A stretch of 48,788 bases of DNA from Actinomycetota bacterium (GCA_025963875.1 JAOPZY010000172.1:1-48788), one strand, 5' to 3'. Positions 30,763 to 44,746 are shown, counted from the stretch's first letter. A program made the numbers and translations. The notes: generated by a model not told the origin, from the letters alone.

Positions 30763-31769
30763 TACGACTGGCTCTGGGCCGCCGCCGCCTGGATCTGCCA
30801 GAGGCGGCCGCCCGGATCGAAGTCGGGCCGGCGGGCAAAGAAGGTGGCGAAGATGGCGTCGCCGGCCTCGTTCAGGTCCCGTTGGAAACTGTCCAGGAAC
30901 TGGTGCAGACCTGAGGAGATGATCTCGGAGACTGCCGCGTAATTGAAACTGGACGTCAGGCGCCCAAGGCGCTGCTCGGCAGAGTTGGCGAAGTTCCCTG
31001 CGGACGAATCCGACAGGATCCTGAGCGAGTCCTGCGCCTCGAGCAGGCAATGGCGGATGGAACGGGGGAAATAACGGTCGAGGAGCAGGAACTCGGCCAC
31101 GCGCTTCGGCGAGATGCGGCCGTACCGCTTCCGGAACGCCTCGAGGGCGCTCGCCGAGCGCAGGAGCGCCGACCACTGCAGGTCGTCGAGCGGGGTGCCC
31201 ACATCGGACACGGCGGGCAGTAGGAGGAAGTACTTCACGTCGAGCATCCGAGACGTCTTGTCCGCCCGTTCCAGCTGCCGGCCGAGGCGGGCGAAGTGCC
31301 ATCCCTCATCGTGGGACATCGTAGCGTCCACGATGCCCGCGAACAGCAGGCTCTCCTGGCGTATCCGGCTGAAGAACGTGTACGGGTCGGTGGCGACCAG
31401 CGAGCGGAACTGGGCGGTGCGGAACAGGTGGTAGAAGCGGTTCAGCTGCTCCCACACCTCCGAGGAGATCGCCTCCCGCACCGACCGGGCGTTGTCCCGG
31501 GATGCCGCCAGGCAGCGGGCGATGGAGTTGGGGTTGTCCTCGTCGAACGTGAGGAACTCGATGATGTTGGCCTGGTTCGGCACGTCGTAGTGCTGGTTGA
31601 ACAGCGGCAGGTCCGCCGTGATGAGCACCAGGGGCTCCCACTGCTCCCCCGTGCCGGGCGGCAGATCGAGGGCAAGCCGCAGGTTCACGTCGATGAACCG
31701 GGCGATGTTCTCCGACCGTTCGATGTAGCGGCTGACCCAGTAGATGGAGTCAGCGACCCGGCTCAGCAC
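30762..31769 (-). CDS. Alpha-E domain protein
   Basis: MLSRVADSIYWVSRYIERSENIAR, second LERADKTSR, FPRS. Confidence 0.93.
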   Translation of the reverse strand: MLSRVADSIYWVSRYIERSENIARFIDVNLRLALDLPPGTGEQWEPLVLITADLPLFNQHYDVPNQANIIEFLTFDEDNPNSIARCLAASRDNARSVREAISSEVWEQLNRFYHLFRTAQFRSLVATDPYTFFSRIRQESLLFAGIVDATMSHDEGWHFARLGRQLERADKTSRMLDVKYFLLLPAVSDVGTPLDDLQWSALLRSASALEAFRKRYGRISPKRVAEFLLLDRYFPRSIRHCLLEAQDSLRILSDSSAGNFANSAEQRLGRLTSSFNYAAVSEIISSGLHQFLDSFQRDLNEAGDAIFATFFARRPDFDPGGRLWQIQAAAAQSQS

Positions 31770-31770
31770 G

Positions 31771-33237
31771 TCATTCCGCCAGGACCCAGGTGTCCTTGCT
31801 CCCCCCTCCCTGCGAGGAGCTCACCACCAGGGAGCCTCGCTCCAGCGCCACCCGGGTGAGCCCGCCCGGCAGCACATAGGGTTCCTCGCCCAGGAGCACG
31901 AACGGGCGCAGGTCGACGTGGCGGGGCTCGAAGTGGTCCCCCACGATCACGGGTGCCCTCGAAAGGGCGAGCATCGGCTGGGCGATGTAGTTGCGGGGGT
32001 TGGCGGTGATCCGGCGGGCGAACTCCTCGCGCATGTCGGGCGTCGCATGGGGGCCGATGAGGATCCCGTTGCCGCCGGACTCGTTGGCGGGTTTCACGAC
32101 GAGCTCGTCGAGGCGGCCCAGCACCATGGTCCGTTCCTTCTCGTCCCAGCACAAGTGCGTGGGCACGTTGGGAAGCACGATGTCCTCGCCGAGGTAGTAC
32201 TTGACGATCTGCGGGACGAAGGAGTAGATGACCTTGTCGTCGGCGACGCCCGTGCCCGGCGCATTGGCGATCCCCAGGCGGCCCGCCCGGTAGACGTCGA
32301 GCAGGCCCGGGACCCCGAGCAGCGACTCGGGGCGGAACGCGAGCGGGTCGAGGAAGTCGTCGGCCACCCGGCGGTAGAGCACGTCCACCCGCTGGAATCC
32401 CCGGGTCGTGCGCATGCACAGGAAGCCGTCGTACACCAGCAGGTCCCGGCCCTCGACCAGCTCGACGCCCATCTGCTGGGCCAGGAAGGAATGCTCGAAG
32501 TAGGCGGAGTTGTAGACGCCCGGCGTGAGGACCGCCACGGTGGGCGACATCACGCCCGGCGGAGCTATCCAGTTCAGCATCTCGAGCAGGCGGCTGGGGT
32601 AGTCCTCCACCGGCCGCACCCCGGAGGCCTCGAAAACCTGGGGCAGCGTGCGCTTGAGGATCTGCCGGTTCTCGAGCACGTAGGAGACGCCGGATGGGCA
32701 CCGCAGGTTGTCCTCGAGGACGTAGAACTGGCCGTCGCCGTCGCGCACGAGGTCGGAGCCGGTGATGTGGCACCACACCCCCCGGGGGGGATTGAGGCCG
32801 TGGCACTCGGGCATGTACCCCGACGCGCTGCGGACGATCTCCTCGGGCACGACGCCGTCGGCCACGATCTTCTGGTCGTGGTAGATGTCGTCGCAGAAGA
32901 GATTGAGGGCGGTCACCCGTTGCTCCAGGCCGCGCTCGACCACCTTCCAGTCTTCCGCTTCGATGATCCGGGGCATGACGTCGAAGGGGAAGATGCGCTC
33001 CGTGGCGCCCTCGGCTCCGTAGACGTTGAACGTGATCCCGAGGTGCAGCAGTGCGGCTTCGGCGGCATGCTGCCGGCGGAGCAACTCGCCCTCGGAGAGG
33101 TCCTCTATCCGCTCGACGAGGAGCTTCGAACCCCGGCGGGGACCGCCTCCGGACTCGAAAATCTCGTCGTAGAAGACGTCGGTCTCGTAGTCACCGAACT
33201 GGCTGAGCGTTGCGGTCCAATCGGCTCGCGCCACCAC
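31771..33237 (-). CDS. Circularly permuted type 2 ATP-grasp protein
   Basis: [62 protein letters not shown]. Confidence 0.95.
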   Translation of the reverse strand: MVARADWTATLSQFGDYETDVFYDEIFESGGGPRRGSKLLVERIEDLSEGELLRRQHAAEAALLHLGITFNVYGAEGATERIFPFDVMPRIIEAEDWKVVERGLEQRVTALNLFCDDIYHDQKIVADGVVPEEIVRSASGYMPECHGLNPPRGVWCHITGSDLVRDGDGQFYVLEDNLRCPSGVSYVLENRQILKRTLPQVFEASGVRPVEDYPSRLLEMLNWIAPPGVMSPTVAVLTPGVYNSAYFEHSFLAQQMGVELVEGRDLLVYDGFLCMRTTRGFQRVDVLYRRVADDFLDPLAFRPESLLGVPGLLDVYRAGRLGIANAPGTGVADDKVIYSFVPQIVKYYLGEDIVLPNVPTHLCWDEKERTMVLGRLDELVVKPANESGGNGILIGPHATPDMREEFARRITANPRNYIAQPMLALSRAPVIVGDHFEPRHVDLRPFVLLGEEPYVLPGGLTRVALERGSLVVSSSQGGGSKDTWVLAE

Positions 33238-33323
33238 GCCCCACCTCCTTGAGCTAGCCCGGACTGGGCCCGGCTTCCTCCAGAGGATAGAGCGGGGAAG
33301 GTTTTCCCCGTGTTGCGCACACG

Positions 33324-34358
33324 TTACGTTCTCGTAAAGCCCCGCCGACGGAACTCGGGGCGGAGCCAGATGTTCTCAATGCCCAGGTCGGCCCTGTTGA
33401 TGGTCTCCCCCGGCGGAACCATCTCGTCGATGGCGTCGAGGATGGAACCGGAGAGCTCGACATCGGCTGCCGGGAGCAGCTCGACCAGCTGGTCCATCGT
33501 GCGGGGGCCGATGATGGCGGAAGTCACCGACGGGTGGACCAGCGTCCAGGCGATCGCCATGACCGGCAGGGGGATCCCTTCCTTCCCAGCGAGCGGGATC
33601 AGCGCCTCGACGATCTCGAACTTCCGCTGGTTCTCTGGCTTGGTCGGGTCGAACCGCTCGGGAATCCGGGCGGCCCGGCCACCGGCCTCGACCGGCCTGC
33701 CCTTTCGGTACTTCCCCGAGAGCCAGCCACCGGCCAGCGGGCTCCAGACGATCACGCCCATGCCCTGCTGGGTGCAGGTGGGCAGCACCTCGAGCTCGGC
33801 GTTGCGGACGAGGATCGAGTAGGGGGGCTGCTCGCAGACGAAGCGTTCGCGCTGATGGCGCTCCGCCGCCCACTGGGCCTCGACGATCTCGGGGGCCGGG
33901 AACGTGGAGGACCCGATCCAGCGGACCTTGCCCTGGTGGACGAGGTCGCTGAGCGCCCCCAGCGTGTCGGCGACGTCGGTGGCGGGGTCGGGCCGGTGGG
34001 CCTGGTAGAGGTCGATGTAGTCGGTGTCGAGGCGCCGGAGCGAGTCCTCGACCGCCTTGAAGATGTGCTTGCGGTTGTTGCCTCGGTCGTTCGGCCCCGG
34101 GCCCATCTGCGCGTGGAACTTGGTGGCGAGCACGACGTCGTCGCGGCGGCCCTTCAGGGCCTTCCCGACGATCTCCTCCGACTCCCCCGCCGAGTACACG
34201 TTCGCGGTGTCGACGAAGTTGACACCTTCGTCGAGCGCCCGGTGGATGATCGCGATCGAGGCTTCATGGCTGGGATTGCCCCAGGCGCCGAACATCATCG
34301 CCCCGAGGCACAGCGGCGAGACCTGGACCCCGGTGGTGCCGAGGGGGACGTAGCGCAT
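33324..34358 (-). CDS. Aldo/keto reductase
   Basis: [33 protein letters not shown]. Confidence 0.95.
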   Translation of the reverse strand: MRYVPLGTTGVQVSPLCLGAMMFGAWGNPSHEASIAIIHRALDEGVNFVDTANVYSAGESEEIVGKALKGRRDDVVLATKFHAQMGPGPNDRGNNRKHIFKAVEDSLRRLDTDYIDLYQAHRPDPATDVADTLGALSDLVHQGKVRWIGSSTFPAPEIVEAQWAAERHQRERFVCEQPPYSILVRNAELEVLPTCTQQGMGVIVWSPLAGGWLSGKYRKGRPVEAGGRAARIPERFDPTKPENQRKFEIVEALIPLAGKEGIPLPVMAIAWTLVHPSVTSAIIGPRTMDQLVELLPAADVELSGSILDAIDEMVPPGETINRADLGIENIWLRPEFRRRGFTRT

Positions 34359-34413
34359 GCGCGCAGCTTACCCGCGGGCCCCCGGACTCGATGCCTCGAA
34401 TCTGTGCCCCCGC

Positions 34414-34462
34414 GAGGTTTGGTGTTTTTTCGTTCGCAGCGAACAAAAAGGCACCAAACCTC
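34414..34462. repeat. 49-bp palindromic element, copy C (may also act as atp terminator)
   Basis: gaggtttggtg...gttcgc-a-gcgaac...caccaaacctc. Confidence 0.85.
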
Positions 34463-34487
34463 TCCAACCCTTAGACCTCCAGGGCCT

Positions 34488-34964
34488 CTACGGTCCGCCG
34501 AGCTTCAGCCGTGACTCGCTCCAGGCTCGGCGGTCGAGGAGCTCCGCGAACTCCTCGTCGGTCTTCGGGTGGCGCAGGGCCGCCACCGTCTCGTCCAGCT
34601 CGCGCCTCGCCTCGGCCGTATCAACGTCGGCCTCCGCGACTGCGCTGTCGACGAGGATCGTGACCTTGTCCTCGCCGACCTGCAGAAAGCCGCCGCGGAC
34701 GGCGAAGCGAGCGACCTTGCCTGCGTCCTGGCCGATGCGGAGAAGGCCGCTCCCGAGGGCTGCGACGATCGCCGCGTGCCCCGGCCAGATCCCGAGCTGC
34801 CCGTCCCACGCCGGCACCGTGACCCAGCGCACGTCACCCTCGAAGATGGGCTGCGCGGGGCTCACGACGACCACGTGAAGGTGCCGGGGACCGCGCGCCA
34901 GCTCGTCGGCAATGTTGCCGGATCGTAAGGCGCCCTTGGGATGCTCCGGCAGCTCCGACGACAT
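34488..34964 (-). CDS. atpC: ATP synthase epsilon subunit
   Basis: VVSP, GQLGIWPGHA, RGGFLQV; ~25-aa N-terminal extension. Confidence 0.93.
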   Translation of the reverse strand: MSSELPEHPKGALRSGNIADELARGPRHLHVVVVSPAQPIFEGDVRWVTVPAWDGQLGIWPGHAAIVAALGSGLLRIGQDAGKVARFAVRGGFLQVGEDKVTILVDSAVAEADVDTAEARRELDETVAALRHPKTDEEFAELLDRRAWSESRLKLGGP

Positions 34965-35000
34965 CAGACGACCTCCCGCTCTCGCATGGCCCTCGTGGCC

Positions 35001-37314
<2,314 letters not shown>

Positions 37315-37317
37315 GGG

Positions 37318-38964
37318 CTAGTGGACCGGTGCCCTTCCCGACTCGGGGGCGGGAGCCTCCGCTTCTTCCGCGCCCTCCTCTTTCGCCGGCTCCACGGGGG
37401 CCTTGGTCTGCCCCGGGCCCTCAACCTTCGCTGGTTCCCCTGGGGCCACGCCGGGCTTCCAGAGGTCGCGCTTGAACTTGGCGATCTCCTCCTTGAGCGT
37501 GGCGGCCGTGCTGTCATCGAGAGCGCCCGTCTCCTTGATGGCCTTCAGGGCGACGCTCGGCATCGCTCGCAGGGCGTCGATCAGCTCCCTCTCGAAGCGC
37601 TTGATCTGCTCGACCGGGATGTCGTCCATGAACCCCTGGCCCACGGCGAAGATCGTCGCTACCTGCTCCTCCATCGGCCACGGCTCGAACTGCGGCTGCT
37701 TGAGGATCTCGACCGTGCGCTCGCCGCGCGCAAGCTGTGCCCTCGTCCCGGGGTCAAGATCGCTGGCGAACTGTGCGAATGCCTCCAGCTCCCGGTACTG
37801 GGCCAAGTCGAGGCGTAGCTTGCCCGCCACCTTCTTCATCGCCTTCGTCTGGGCGTTGCCGCCGACGCGGCTCACGGAGATGCCGACGTTCACCGCCGGG
37901 CGCACGCCCGCGTAGAAGAGGTCGGGCTCGAGGTAGATCTGGCCGTCCGTGATCGAGATGACGTTGGTCGGGATGTAAGCGGACACGTCGCCCGCCTGGG
38001 TCTCGATGATCGGGAGCGCGGTCAGCGAGCCGCCCCCCCGCTTGTCGCTGAGCTTCGCGGCCCGCTCGAGCAGGCGGCTGTGGGTGTAGAAGACGTCACC
38101 CGGGTACGCCTCGCGCCCCGGCGGCCGGCGTAGGAGCAGCGAGATCTCGCGATAGGACGCCGCTTGTTTCGACAGGTCGTCGTAGACGCAGAGCGTGTGG
38201 CGATTCTGCTCGTACATGAAGTATTCGGCCATCGCACAGCCCCCGTAGGGAGCGATGTACTGCATCGGTGCAGGGTCGTTCGCCGTCGCACTGACGACGA
38301 TGGTGTAGTCCATCGCGCCATGCTCACGCAGGGTCTCCACGACGCCCGCGACCGTGGACGCCTTGAGGCCGATGGCAACGTAGACGCAGATGACGTCGCC
38401 GCCCTTCTGGTTGATGATCGTGTCGATCGCGATCGCGGACTTGCCGGTCTCGCGGTCACCGATGATCAGCTCGCGCTGGCCCCGGCCGATTGGGATCATC
38501 CCGTCGATCGCCTTGACGCCAGTCATCAGAGGCTCTTTCACCGGCTGCCGGTCGGCGATGCCGGGTGCCCTCCCCTCGAGGGGCATCAAGTGGGTCGTCT
38601 GGATCGGCCCCTTGCCGTCGATGGGTTGCGAGAGCGGATTGACCACGCGCCCGAGAAGGCCCTCCCCGGCGGGCACCGACAGGACGCGGCCCGTGCGCTT
38701 CACGGTCTGCCCCTCGCGGATGTCGACGTAGGGGCCGAGGATGACGATGCCGACCGAGTCCTCCTCGAGGTTCAGCGCGAGGCCGAACGACCCGTTCTCG
38801 AATTCGACCATCTCGCTCGCCATCGCGTTCCGGAGACCGTAGGCGCGGGCGATGCCGTCGCCGACCTCGAGCACGGTGCCGACCTCGTCGACGCGGAGGT
38901 CGACGTCGAAGGACTCGATCTGCTGCCGGATGATCGAGCTGATCTCGTCGGTCCTGATCTGCAT
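37318..38964 (-). CDS. atpA: ATP synthase alpha subunit
   Basis: [24 protein letters not shown]-rich C-terminal tail. Confidence 0.99.
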   Translation of the reverse strand: MQIRTDEISSIIRQQIESFDVDLRVDEVGTVLEVGDGIARAYGLRNAMASEMVEFENGSFGLALNLEEDSVGIVILGPYVDIREGQTVKRTGRVLSVPAGEGLLGRVVNPLSQPIDGKGPIQTTHLMPLEGRAPGIADRQPVKEPLMTGVKAIDGMIPIGRGQRELIIGDRETGKSAIAIDTIINQKGGDVICVYVAIGLKASTVAGVVETLREHGAMDYTIVVSATANDPAPMQYIAPYGGCAMAEYFMYEQNRHTLCVYDDLSKQAASYREISLLLRRPPGREAYPGDVFYTHSRLLERAAKLSDKRGGGSLTALPIIETQAGDVSAYIPTNVISITDGQIYLEPDLFYAGVRPAVNVGISVSRVGGNAQTKAMKKVAGKLRLDLAQYRELEAFAQFASDLDPGTRAQLARGERTVEILKQPQFEPWPMEEQVATIFAVGQGFMDDIPVEQIKRFERELIDALRAMPSVALKAIKETGALDDSTAATLKEEIAKFKRDLWKPGVAPGEPAKVEGPGQTKAPVEPAKEEGAEEAEAPAPESGRAPVH

Positions 38965-38969
38965 GTGTT

Positions 38970-39527
38970 CTATCCCCGTTCGTAGGGTGCGACGAGGCTT
39001 CGCCGCATGTCCGACAGAGCCCGGCGGATCGTCCCGTCGAGGACGAAGTCGCCGAGGTTGACCCGGATGCCGCCGATGGCCTCCGGATCGATCAATTGGT
39101 TGAGAACGATGGTCTTCCTGGTCCGCTGCTCCAGCACGTCGCGCAGCGCCGTGGCGAGATCGGCGTCCAGCTTGCGGGCCGTGATCACGGTGGCGCGTAC
39201 CCGCCCCTCGTAGTCGTCCCGGTAGTGGTCGAACTCCTCGACGATGTCGTCGAGGAGCAACTCCCGCCGTTTCTGGACCAGAACATGGAACAGCCCGAGG
39301 ACCGGCCGGCTCACTTTGCCCTCGAACGTCATGTCGAGGACCCTCCGCTTGTCGGCGCGGCGGAGCAGCGGCAAGTAGAAAAACGCCCTGACCTCCGGAT
39401 CGAGCCCGCCGAGAGCCTCCTTGACCGCGTGCAGGTCGTCCGAGATGCTGCCCAGGGCCTGCTCCTGAAGGGCGAGATCGAAGAGCGCCTTGGCGTAGAC
39501 GCGGGCCGCTGCCTGGTAGCCACTCAC
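38970..39527 (-). CDS. atpH: ATP synthase delta subunit (single domain)
   Basis: YAKALF, DPEAIGG, DGTI. Confidence 0.93.
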   Translation of the reverse strand: MSGYQAAARVYAKALFDLALQEQALGSISDDLHAVKEALGGLDPEVRAFFYLPLLRRADKRRVLDMTFEGKVSRPVLGLFHVLVQKRRELLLDDIVEEFDHYRDDYEGRVRATVITARKLDADLATALRDVLEQRTRKTIVLNQLIDPEAIGGIRVNLGDFVLDGTIRRALSDMRRSLVAPYERG

Positions 39528-40048
39528 AGCCTGAGCGCGACCTCTTCGACCACCTCGCGCGCCAGCCGCACGTGATCCTCGTCCCGCACCTCCCGCTTGA
39601 GGAGGCGTGCAGTCGCCTCGAGGGTGAGCTCGACCGTGGCGCGTTTCAGATCTTCCACCGCTTTCGCTTGCTCCAGGGCAATCTCCTTCTTCGCCCGTTC
39701 CCGCAGCTCCGCGATCTCCTGTTGGGCGGCATTGATCATCTCGCTCTTGATGTTCTCGGCCATGGCGCGGCTCTCGGCCAGGAACTTCTGCGCCTGGATG
39801 CGGGCCTCTTCGAAGATCTCCTCCTGCTTCGCCGCCAGCTCACGGGCTCGTGCCTCAGCCTCCTCGGCCTTCTTGAGTCCCTCCGCGATCCGGAGCTCGC
39901 GCTCCTCCATCTTGCGGGCGAGCATGGGCCAGGCAACCTTGCTCAGGATGAAGAACGTGACCCCGAAGGACACCCAGGCCCAAATCATCGTCGCGAGGTT
40001 GAGGTCGGTAAAGCCGCCGCTGGCGGCCGCGAGAAGTGTGCCGCTCAT
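39524..40048 (-). CDS. atpF: ATP synthase b subunit
   Basis: N-terminal TM, AWP...ERELRI, coiled coil. Confidence 0.93.
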   Translation of the reverse strand: MSGTLLAAASGGFTDLNLATMIWAWVSFGVTFFILSKVAWPMLARKMEERELRIAEGLKKAEEAEARARELAAKQEEIFEEARIQAQKFLAESRAMAENIKSEMINAAQQEIAELRERAKKEIALEQAKAVEDLKRATVELTLEATARLLKREVRDEDHVRLAREVVEEVALRL

Positions 40049-40051
40049 GGC

Positions 40052-40354
<303 letters not shown>

Positions 40355-40364
40355 TTACTCCTTT

Positions 40365-41135
40365 CTAGTGTTCCTCGGCCACGGCCAGACTGACGAAGAT
40401 GACGGAGAGGATGGTGAAGATATAGGCCTGAATGAGCGCGATCAGCACCTCGAAGACCGTGATGAACAGGATGAACGCGAAGGAGGCCAGGGTCGAGGGG
40501 ACGCCGATGACCGGACTTGCGTAGTGCTGGACTCCCAACAGGAAGCCGAAGAGGACCAACAGGATGGCGTGGCCCCCCGTCATGTTGGCGAAGAGACGTA
40601 CCGTCAGCGCGAAGGGCTTTGTCACGAGCCCGATCAGCTCGATCACGAACAGGAGCGGCCACAAAAACCAGGGCGTCCCGGGCGGCACGAGGTCGATCCA
40701 GTACCTGCCCCAGCCGTGCTCCCGCATTCCCGAGACCTGGATCACGACGAATACGATCGCCGCCAGCGCGCCGGTCACCGCGAGGTTCCCGGTCGGCGCG
40801 CGGTCCCACGGGTTCAGCGGGAAGGGCAACAGCCCCCATACGTTCGCGAAGAGGATGAAGAAAAAGAGCGTCCAGAAGAACCCCAGGTAGCGCCGGCCGC
40901 GCTCGGGGCCGAGCCAGGGGTAGACGACCTCGTCCCGCACCCAGACCATCGCAACCTCCAGCAGCGCGAGCACTCCGGTCTTCGCCGGCTGCGTCGAGAT
41001 CCGCCTGGACGCCCACCAGAAAAGGGCGATCATGAACACGGCGACCTCGGCGAGGAGCAGCTGATGGGCCGTCACTCCGAAAGGCAGCCGGTAGTCGAGC
41101 AGGTGCGGGACGATGTCCTCGGACGCGAGCCTCAT
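40365..41135 (-). CDS. atpB: ATP synthase a subunit
   Basis: KPFALTVRLFANMTGGH, IQAYIF. Confidence 0.96.
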   Translation of the reverse strand: MRLASEDIVPHLLDYRLPFGVTAHQLLLAEVAVFMIALFWWASRRISTQPAKTGVLALLEVAMVWVRDEVVYPWLGPERGRRYLGFFWTLFFFILFANVWGLLPFPLNPWDRAPTGNLAVTGALAAIVFVVIQVSGMREHGWGRYWIDLVPPGTPWFLWPLLFVIELIGLVTKPFALTVRLFANMTGGHAILLVLFGFLLGVQHYASPVIGVPSTLASFAFILFITVFEVLIALIQAYIFTILSVIFVSLAVAEEH

Positions 41136-41521
41136 GCCGCCCTCCGCGTTCGGTCGAGCGACCGCTCCACGACGACCACCTCGACGCCGAGATACGCGAA
41201 GAAGAAGACGAGGAACGTCAGGGCGAAGGCGGTCGGGTCGACCGCCCCTGTCCGCCGGAAGAGGAGGATCAGGACGACCACCACGAAGAGCCGCGCGAGG
41301 AATCCACCGGCAAGCGTCGTCATGGCCGACTTCATGCCGTGCCGGAGCGAGTGCCGGGTCACCAGCCAGCCCACCAACAGGTTCACGAGCCCGAGTCCCG
41401 CGCCGATGACGGTCCCTCGCACCCCCGGCGGATCCAGCTTGATGAAGCCGACCGACGCGACAACGAGGAGGACGACGAAGGCCCCCACCATGACCAGACC
41501 TTGGGCCGCGGTGCGCGTCAT
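41132..41521 (-). CDS. atpI: ATP synthase I-like membrane protein
   Basis: Four TMs, conserved-looking Arg (FLARL), coupled to atpB. Confidence 0.7.
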   Translation of the reverse strand: MTRTAAQGLVMVGAFVVLLVVASVGFIKLDPPGVRGTVIGAGLGLVNLLVGWLVTRHSLRHGMKSAMTTLAGGFLARLFVVVVLILLFRRTGAVDPTAFALTFLVFFFAYLGVEVVVVERSLDRTRRAA

Positions 41522-41790
41522 TTCTTCTTGCTCGGATCGTCAGGTCCGAGGACCTGGTGGATGAGGCTGAACGTAGCTCCCACGAAGCCGAGGAGGAGCA
41601 ACACCAGGGTGAACAGCCACCCCGTCCCCAGCCGCCCGTCCAACCAGATGCCAAAAAGCGTCAGGAGAAGGATCGTGAGCATGTACTGGACGCCCACCGC
41701 GGCGAACCGGAGGTACTTCCGCTCGGCGCGATTCCGGTCGTCTCCAGGAAGCGTCGCAGGTCTCCTTTCGGGCAGGAGTGAGGAGCCCAT
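41518..41790 (-). CDS. AtpZ/AtpI-family small membrane protein
   Basis: FGIWLDGRLGTGWLFTLVLLLLGFVGA; start approximate. Confidence 0.85.
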   Translation of the reverse strand: MGSSLLPERRPATLPGDDRNRAERKYLRFAAVGVQYMLTILLLTLFGIWLDGRLGTGWLFTLVLLLLGFVGATFSLIHQVLGPDDPSKKK

Positions 41791-41906
41791 GCCCACGGCC
41801 GTCAGCATGGCCCGAACCCTAACAGGTGCACTGCCGGCCGTTGGGCGCCGCGCCGGAAGGGTTGCACGCGACGTAGCGCACCGCGGACGAGGGACTGCAG
41901 CGCCGC

Positions 41907-42124
41907 TCAATGTCTCCTCCTCCTCGTCCGGTAGACCGTGTTCACTCCCGCAGCACCCCCGGGCAGTCCGCCCACCACCACGAACACCGGTCGTGCCCCG
42001 ATTCCGCCCACCAACCAACCCAGGCCGAGGCCCACCAGGGTGGTCATCACAAGCTCCGCCGAGAGCCCCATCGCCTCACCGAACCCTGATGTCAGGGGGG
42101 TCGGCCGCTGGGCTCGTCAGGCAC
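41907..42124 (-). pseudogene. Second, frameshifted AtpZ-family gene (absent from ORF track)
   Basis: TATGCT-N5-GTG, VPDEPSGRPP then stop at a C6 run; shifted frame gives LTSGFGEAMGLSAELVMTTLVGLGLGWLVGGIGARPVFVVVGGLPGGAAGVNTVYR. Confidence 0.7.
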
Positions 42125-42180
42125 GGCGCAGCATAGCGGCTGGGGCCGGTTCCCGGGCCACGTCGTGTGCGGGCCGGATT

Positions 42181-43293
42181 CTAGCCAATCCCCCGGCGGG
42201 CGATACGAGGAAGCATCGTGTAGAGCAGGATCGCCACCGCCGCGGCCACGAACGGCAGCGTGAAGAACGGGTTGGGAACGAAGGAGAGTGCCAGGCCGGC
42301 TCCGGCGATAACCGCGGTCCAGGCGTACATGATGAGGACGGCCTGGCGGTGCCCGTGGCCGATCTCCAGCAACCGGTGGTGCAGGTGACGCTTGTCGGCG
42401 TGGAAGATGTCCACCCCCTTGCGGGCCCGGCGGACCACCGCGAGCGACGTGTCCAGGATGGGGATGGCGAGCACGATCGCCGGGATGAGCACGGGCAGGT
42501 AGAAGATGACCGACTCCGACAGGGGATTGGAGGGCGGGAGCCGGCCCACGCCCACGACGGTCGCGCTGGCCAGCAGGAAACCGAGGGTCATGCTCCCGGA
42601 GTCCCCCATGAAGATCTTCGCCGGGTTGAAGTTGTGGCGGAGGAACCCCAGCGTGGCGCCGACGACCACGATGGAGATCAGGGGGGCGGTCTGCTCGACC
42701 TGGGCCAGGTGCCGGTTGAGCTCGAACGAGTAGACGAAGAACGTGATGGCGGCGATCGAGGCGATCCCGGCCGCCAGCCCGTCGAGCCCGTCGATCAGGT
42801 TCACGGCGTTCACGATGACCACGATCCACACGATCGTCACGACCGCGGAGTCGCTGGAGCCGAGCGACAGGGTCCCGAATGGCGGCAGCCGGAACCACTC
42901 AAGCCGCACGCCGCCGAGGAACACGAAGCCTGCGGCGAGGATCTGGCCGGCCAGCTTGGTGGTTGCTGCGAGCCCACGGAGATCGTCGATCATGCCGACG
43001 GCGAAGATCACGAAGGCACCGATGACGATCGCCACCAGCTCCGACGGGGGCCAGGAGAGCTGGAAGGAGCTGCGGAAGACCCCGAGCGCGGAGGCCATGG
43101 CGAGGCCCACGACGAACGCGGCGAAGATCGCCACGCCGCCGAGCGTCGGCGTGGGGACGGCATGGACCTTCCGGTCGTCCGGGACGTCGACAGCGCCCAT
43201 GCGCCGGGACAGCTTGAGCACGAGCGGGGTCAACACATACGAGGTGACGGCGCTGGCGAAAAGGACGAGCAGGTAGGCGTCCACGCCGCCCAT
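42181..43293 (-). CDS. wecA: MraY/WecA-family polyprenyl-phosphate GlcNAc-1-P transferase
   Basis: [42 protein letters not shown]; start 43293 or GTG 43284. Confidence 0.88.
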   Translation of the reverse strand: MGGVDAYLLVLFASAVTSYVLTPLVLKLSRRMGAVDVPDDRKVHAVPTPTLGGVAIFAAFVVGLAMASALGVFRSSFQLSWPPSELVAIVIGAFVIFAVGMIDDLRGLAATTKLAGQILAAGFVFLGGVRLEWFRLPPFGTLSLGSSDSAVVTIVWIVVIVNAVNLIDGLDGLAAGIASIAAITFFVYSFELNRHLAQVEQTAPLISIVVVGATLGFLRHNFNPAKIFMGDSGSMTLGFLLASATVVGVGRLPPSNPLSESVIFYLPVLIPAIVLAIPILDTSLAVVRRARKGVDIFHADKRHLHHRLLEIGHGHRQAVLIMYAWTAVIAGAGLALSFVPNPFFTLPFVAAAVAILLYTMLPRIARRGIG

Positions 43294-43341
43294 TCTGTCG
43301 CGCACGAGCCGGGACGGCAAAGACTGGGAGTCCAGGCCCGG

Positions 43342-43376
43342 TTGACGTGGGGGCGCACGAGCCCTACCGTGCGCCC
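43342..43376 (+). promoter_or_regulatory. Sigma70-type leaderless promoter of glyA
   Basis: TTGACG-N17-TACCGT-N6-ATG. Confidence 0.6.
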
Positions 43377-44639
43377 ATGGACCCCCGCTGGGAGGCGCTC
43401 GCCGCCGAGGACCCCGAGATCGCCGAGCTCATCGTCGCCGAGGAGCGGCGCCAGCGCGACAAGATCCGGCTCATTCCTTCTGAGAACTATGTCTCTTCGG
43501 CCGTCCTGGCCGCCACCGGCAGCGTCCTGACCAACAAGTATTCGGAGGGCTACCCGGGGCGCCGGTACTACGAGGGCCAGCAGTTCATCGACCAGATCGA
43601 GACCGCCGCCATCGAGCGGGCAAAGTCCCTGTTCGGGGCCGAGCACGCCAACGTCCAGCCGTACTCCGGCTCGCCGTGCAACCTCGCCGTCTACCTTGCC
43701 TTCCTGAACCCCGGCGACACCGTCATGGGCATGGCGCTGCCCCACGGCGGCCATCTGACGCATGGCTGGGACGTCTCCGTCACCGGCAAGTGGTTCCGCC
43801 CCGTCCGCTATGGGGTCCGGAAGGACACCGGCCGCATCGACCTCGACGAGGTGCGTGACGTCGCCAAGCGGGAGCAGCCGAAGCTCATCTGGGCCGGCGG
43901 CACCGCCGTGCCCCGCATCATCGACTTCGAGGCCTTCGCCGAGATCGCCGCCGAGGTGGGGGCCGTGTTCGCCACCGACATGGCCCACATCGCCGGGCTG
44001 ATCGCCGGAGGGGCGCACCCCTCCCCCGTGCCCCATGCCGACGTCGTGACCACGACCACCCACAAGACCCTGCGGGGGCCCCGCGGGGCGATGCTCCTGT
44101 CCCGCGCCGAGCACGCCAAGAGCCTCGACCGGGCGGTGTTCCCCGGCCTGCAGGGCGGCCCGCACAACCACACGACGGCCGCCATCGCCGTGGCGTTGCG
44201 AGAGGCGGCGACGCCCGGGTTCGCCACCTACGCCCACGCCGTCGTCGCAAACGCCAAGGTGCTCGCCGAGGGCCTGGTCGCCCGCGGCTTCGACCTCGTC
44301 TCCGGAGGCACCGACAACCACCTCATCCTCGTAGACCTCACGACCAAGGGCATCCCCGGCAAGCAGGCGGCCAAGGCCCTCGACCGGGCCGGCATCGAGC
44401 TGAACTACAACACGGTGCCCTTCGATCCCCGCAAGCCCTTCGACCCCTCCGGCATCCGCCTCGGCACGCCGGCGGTCACGTCACGGGGCATGGGGACCGA
44501 GGAGATGGGCCGCATCGCCGGCTGGATCGACGAGATCGTGTCGGCCCCCGAGGACGAGTCACTCGCGGCGGCCACCGCAGGCGAGATTGCCGAGTTCTGC
44601 CGGGCCTTCCCGGCCCCGGGCATCCTGATCGAGGACTAG
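43377..44639 (+). CDS. glyA: Serine hydroxymethyltransferase
   Basis: [43 protein letters not shown]. Confidence 0.98.
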   Translation: MDPRWEALAAEDPEIAELIVAEERRQRDKIRLIPSENYVSSAVLAATGSVLTNKYSEGYPGRRYYEGQQFIDQIETAAIERAKSLFGAEHANVQPYSGSPCNLAVYLAFLNPGDTVMGMALPHGGHLTHGWDVSVTGKWFRPVRYGVRKDTGRIDLDEVRDVAKREQPKLIWAGGTAVPRIIDFEAFAEIAAEVGAVFATDMAHIAGLIAGGAHPSPVPHADVVTTTTHKTLRGPRGAMLLSRAEHAKSLDRAVFPGLQGGPHNHTTAAIAVALREAATPGFATYAHAVVANAKVLAEGLVARGFDLVSGGTDNHLILVDLTTKGIPGKQAAKALDRAGIELNYNTVPFDPRKPFDPSGIRLGTPAVTSRGMGTEEMGRIAGWIDEIVSAPEDESLAAATAGEIAEFCRAFPAPGILIED

Positions 44640-44746
44640 ACGCTGACCTACTCACCTCGGTGAGGCAGAGGGGTCGGTTCCCGAACTGCTCGCCATGATG
44701 GTATGACCTAGTAGCGAACAGGTGTACGTAGTCCTAGACTGCAGAC

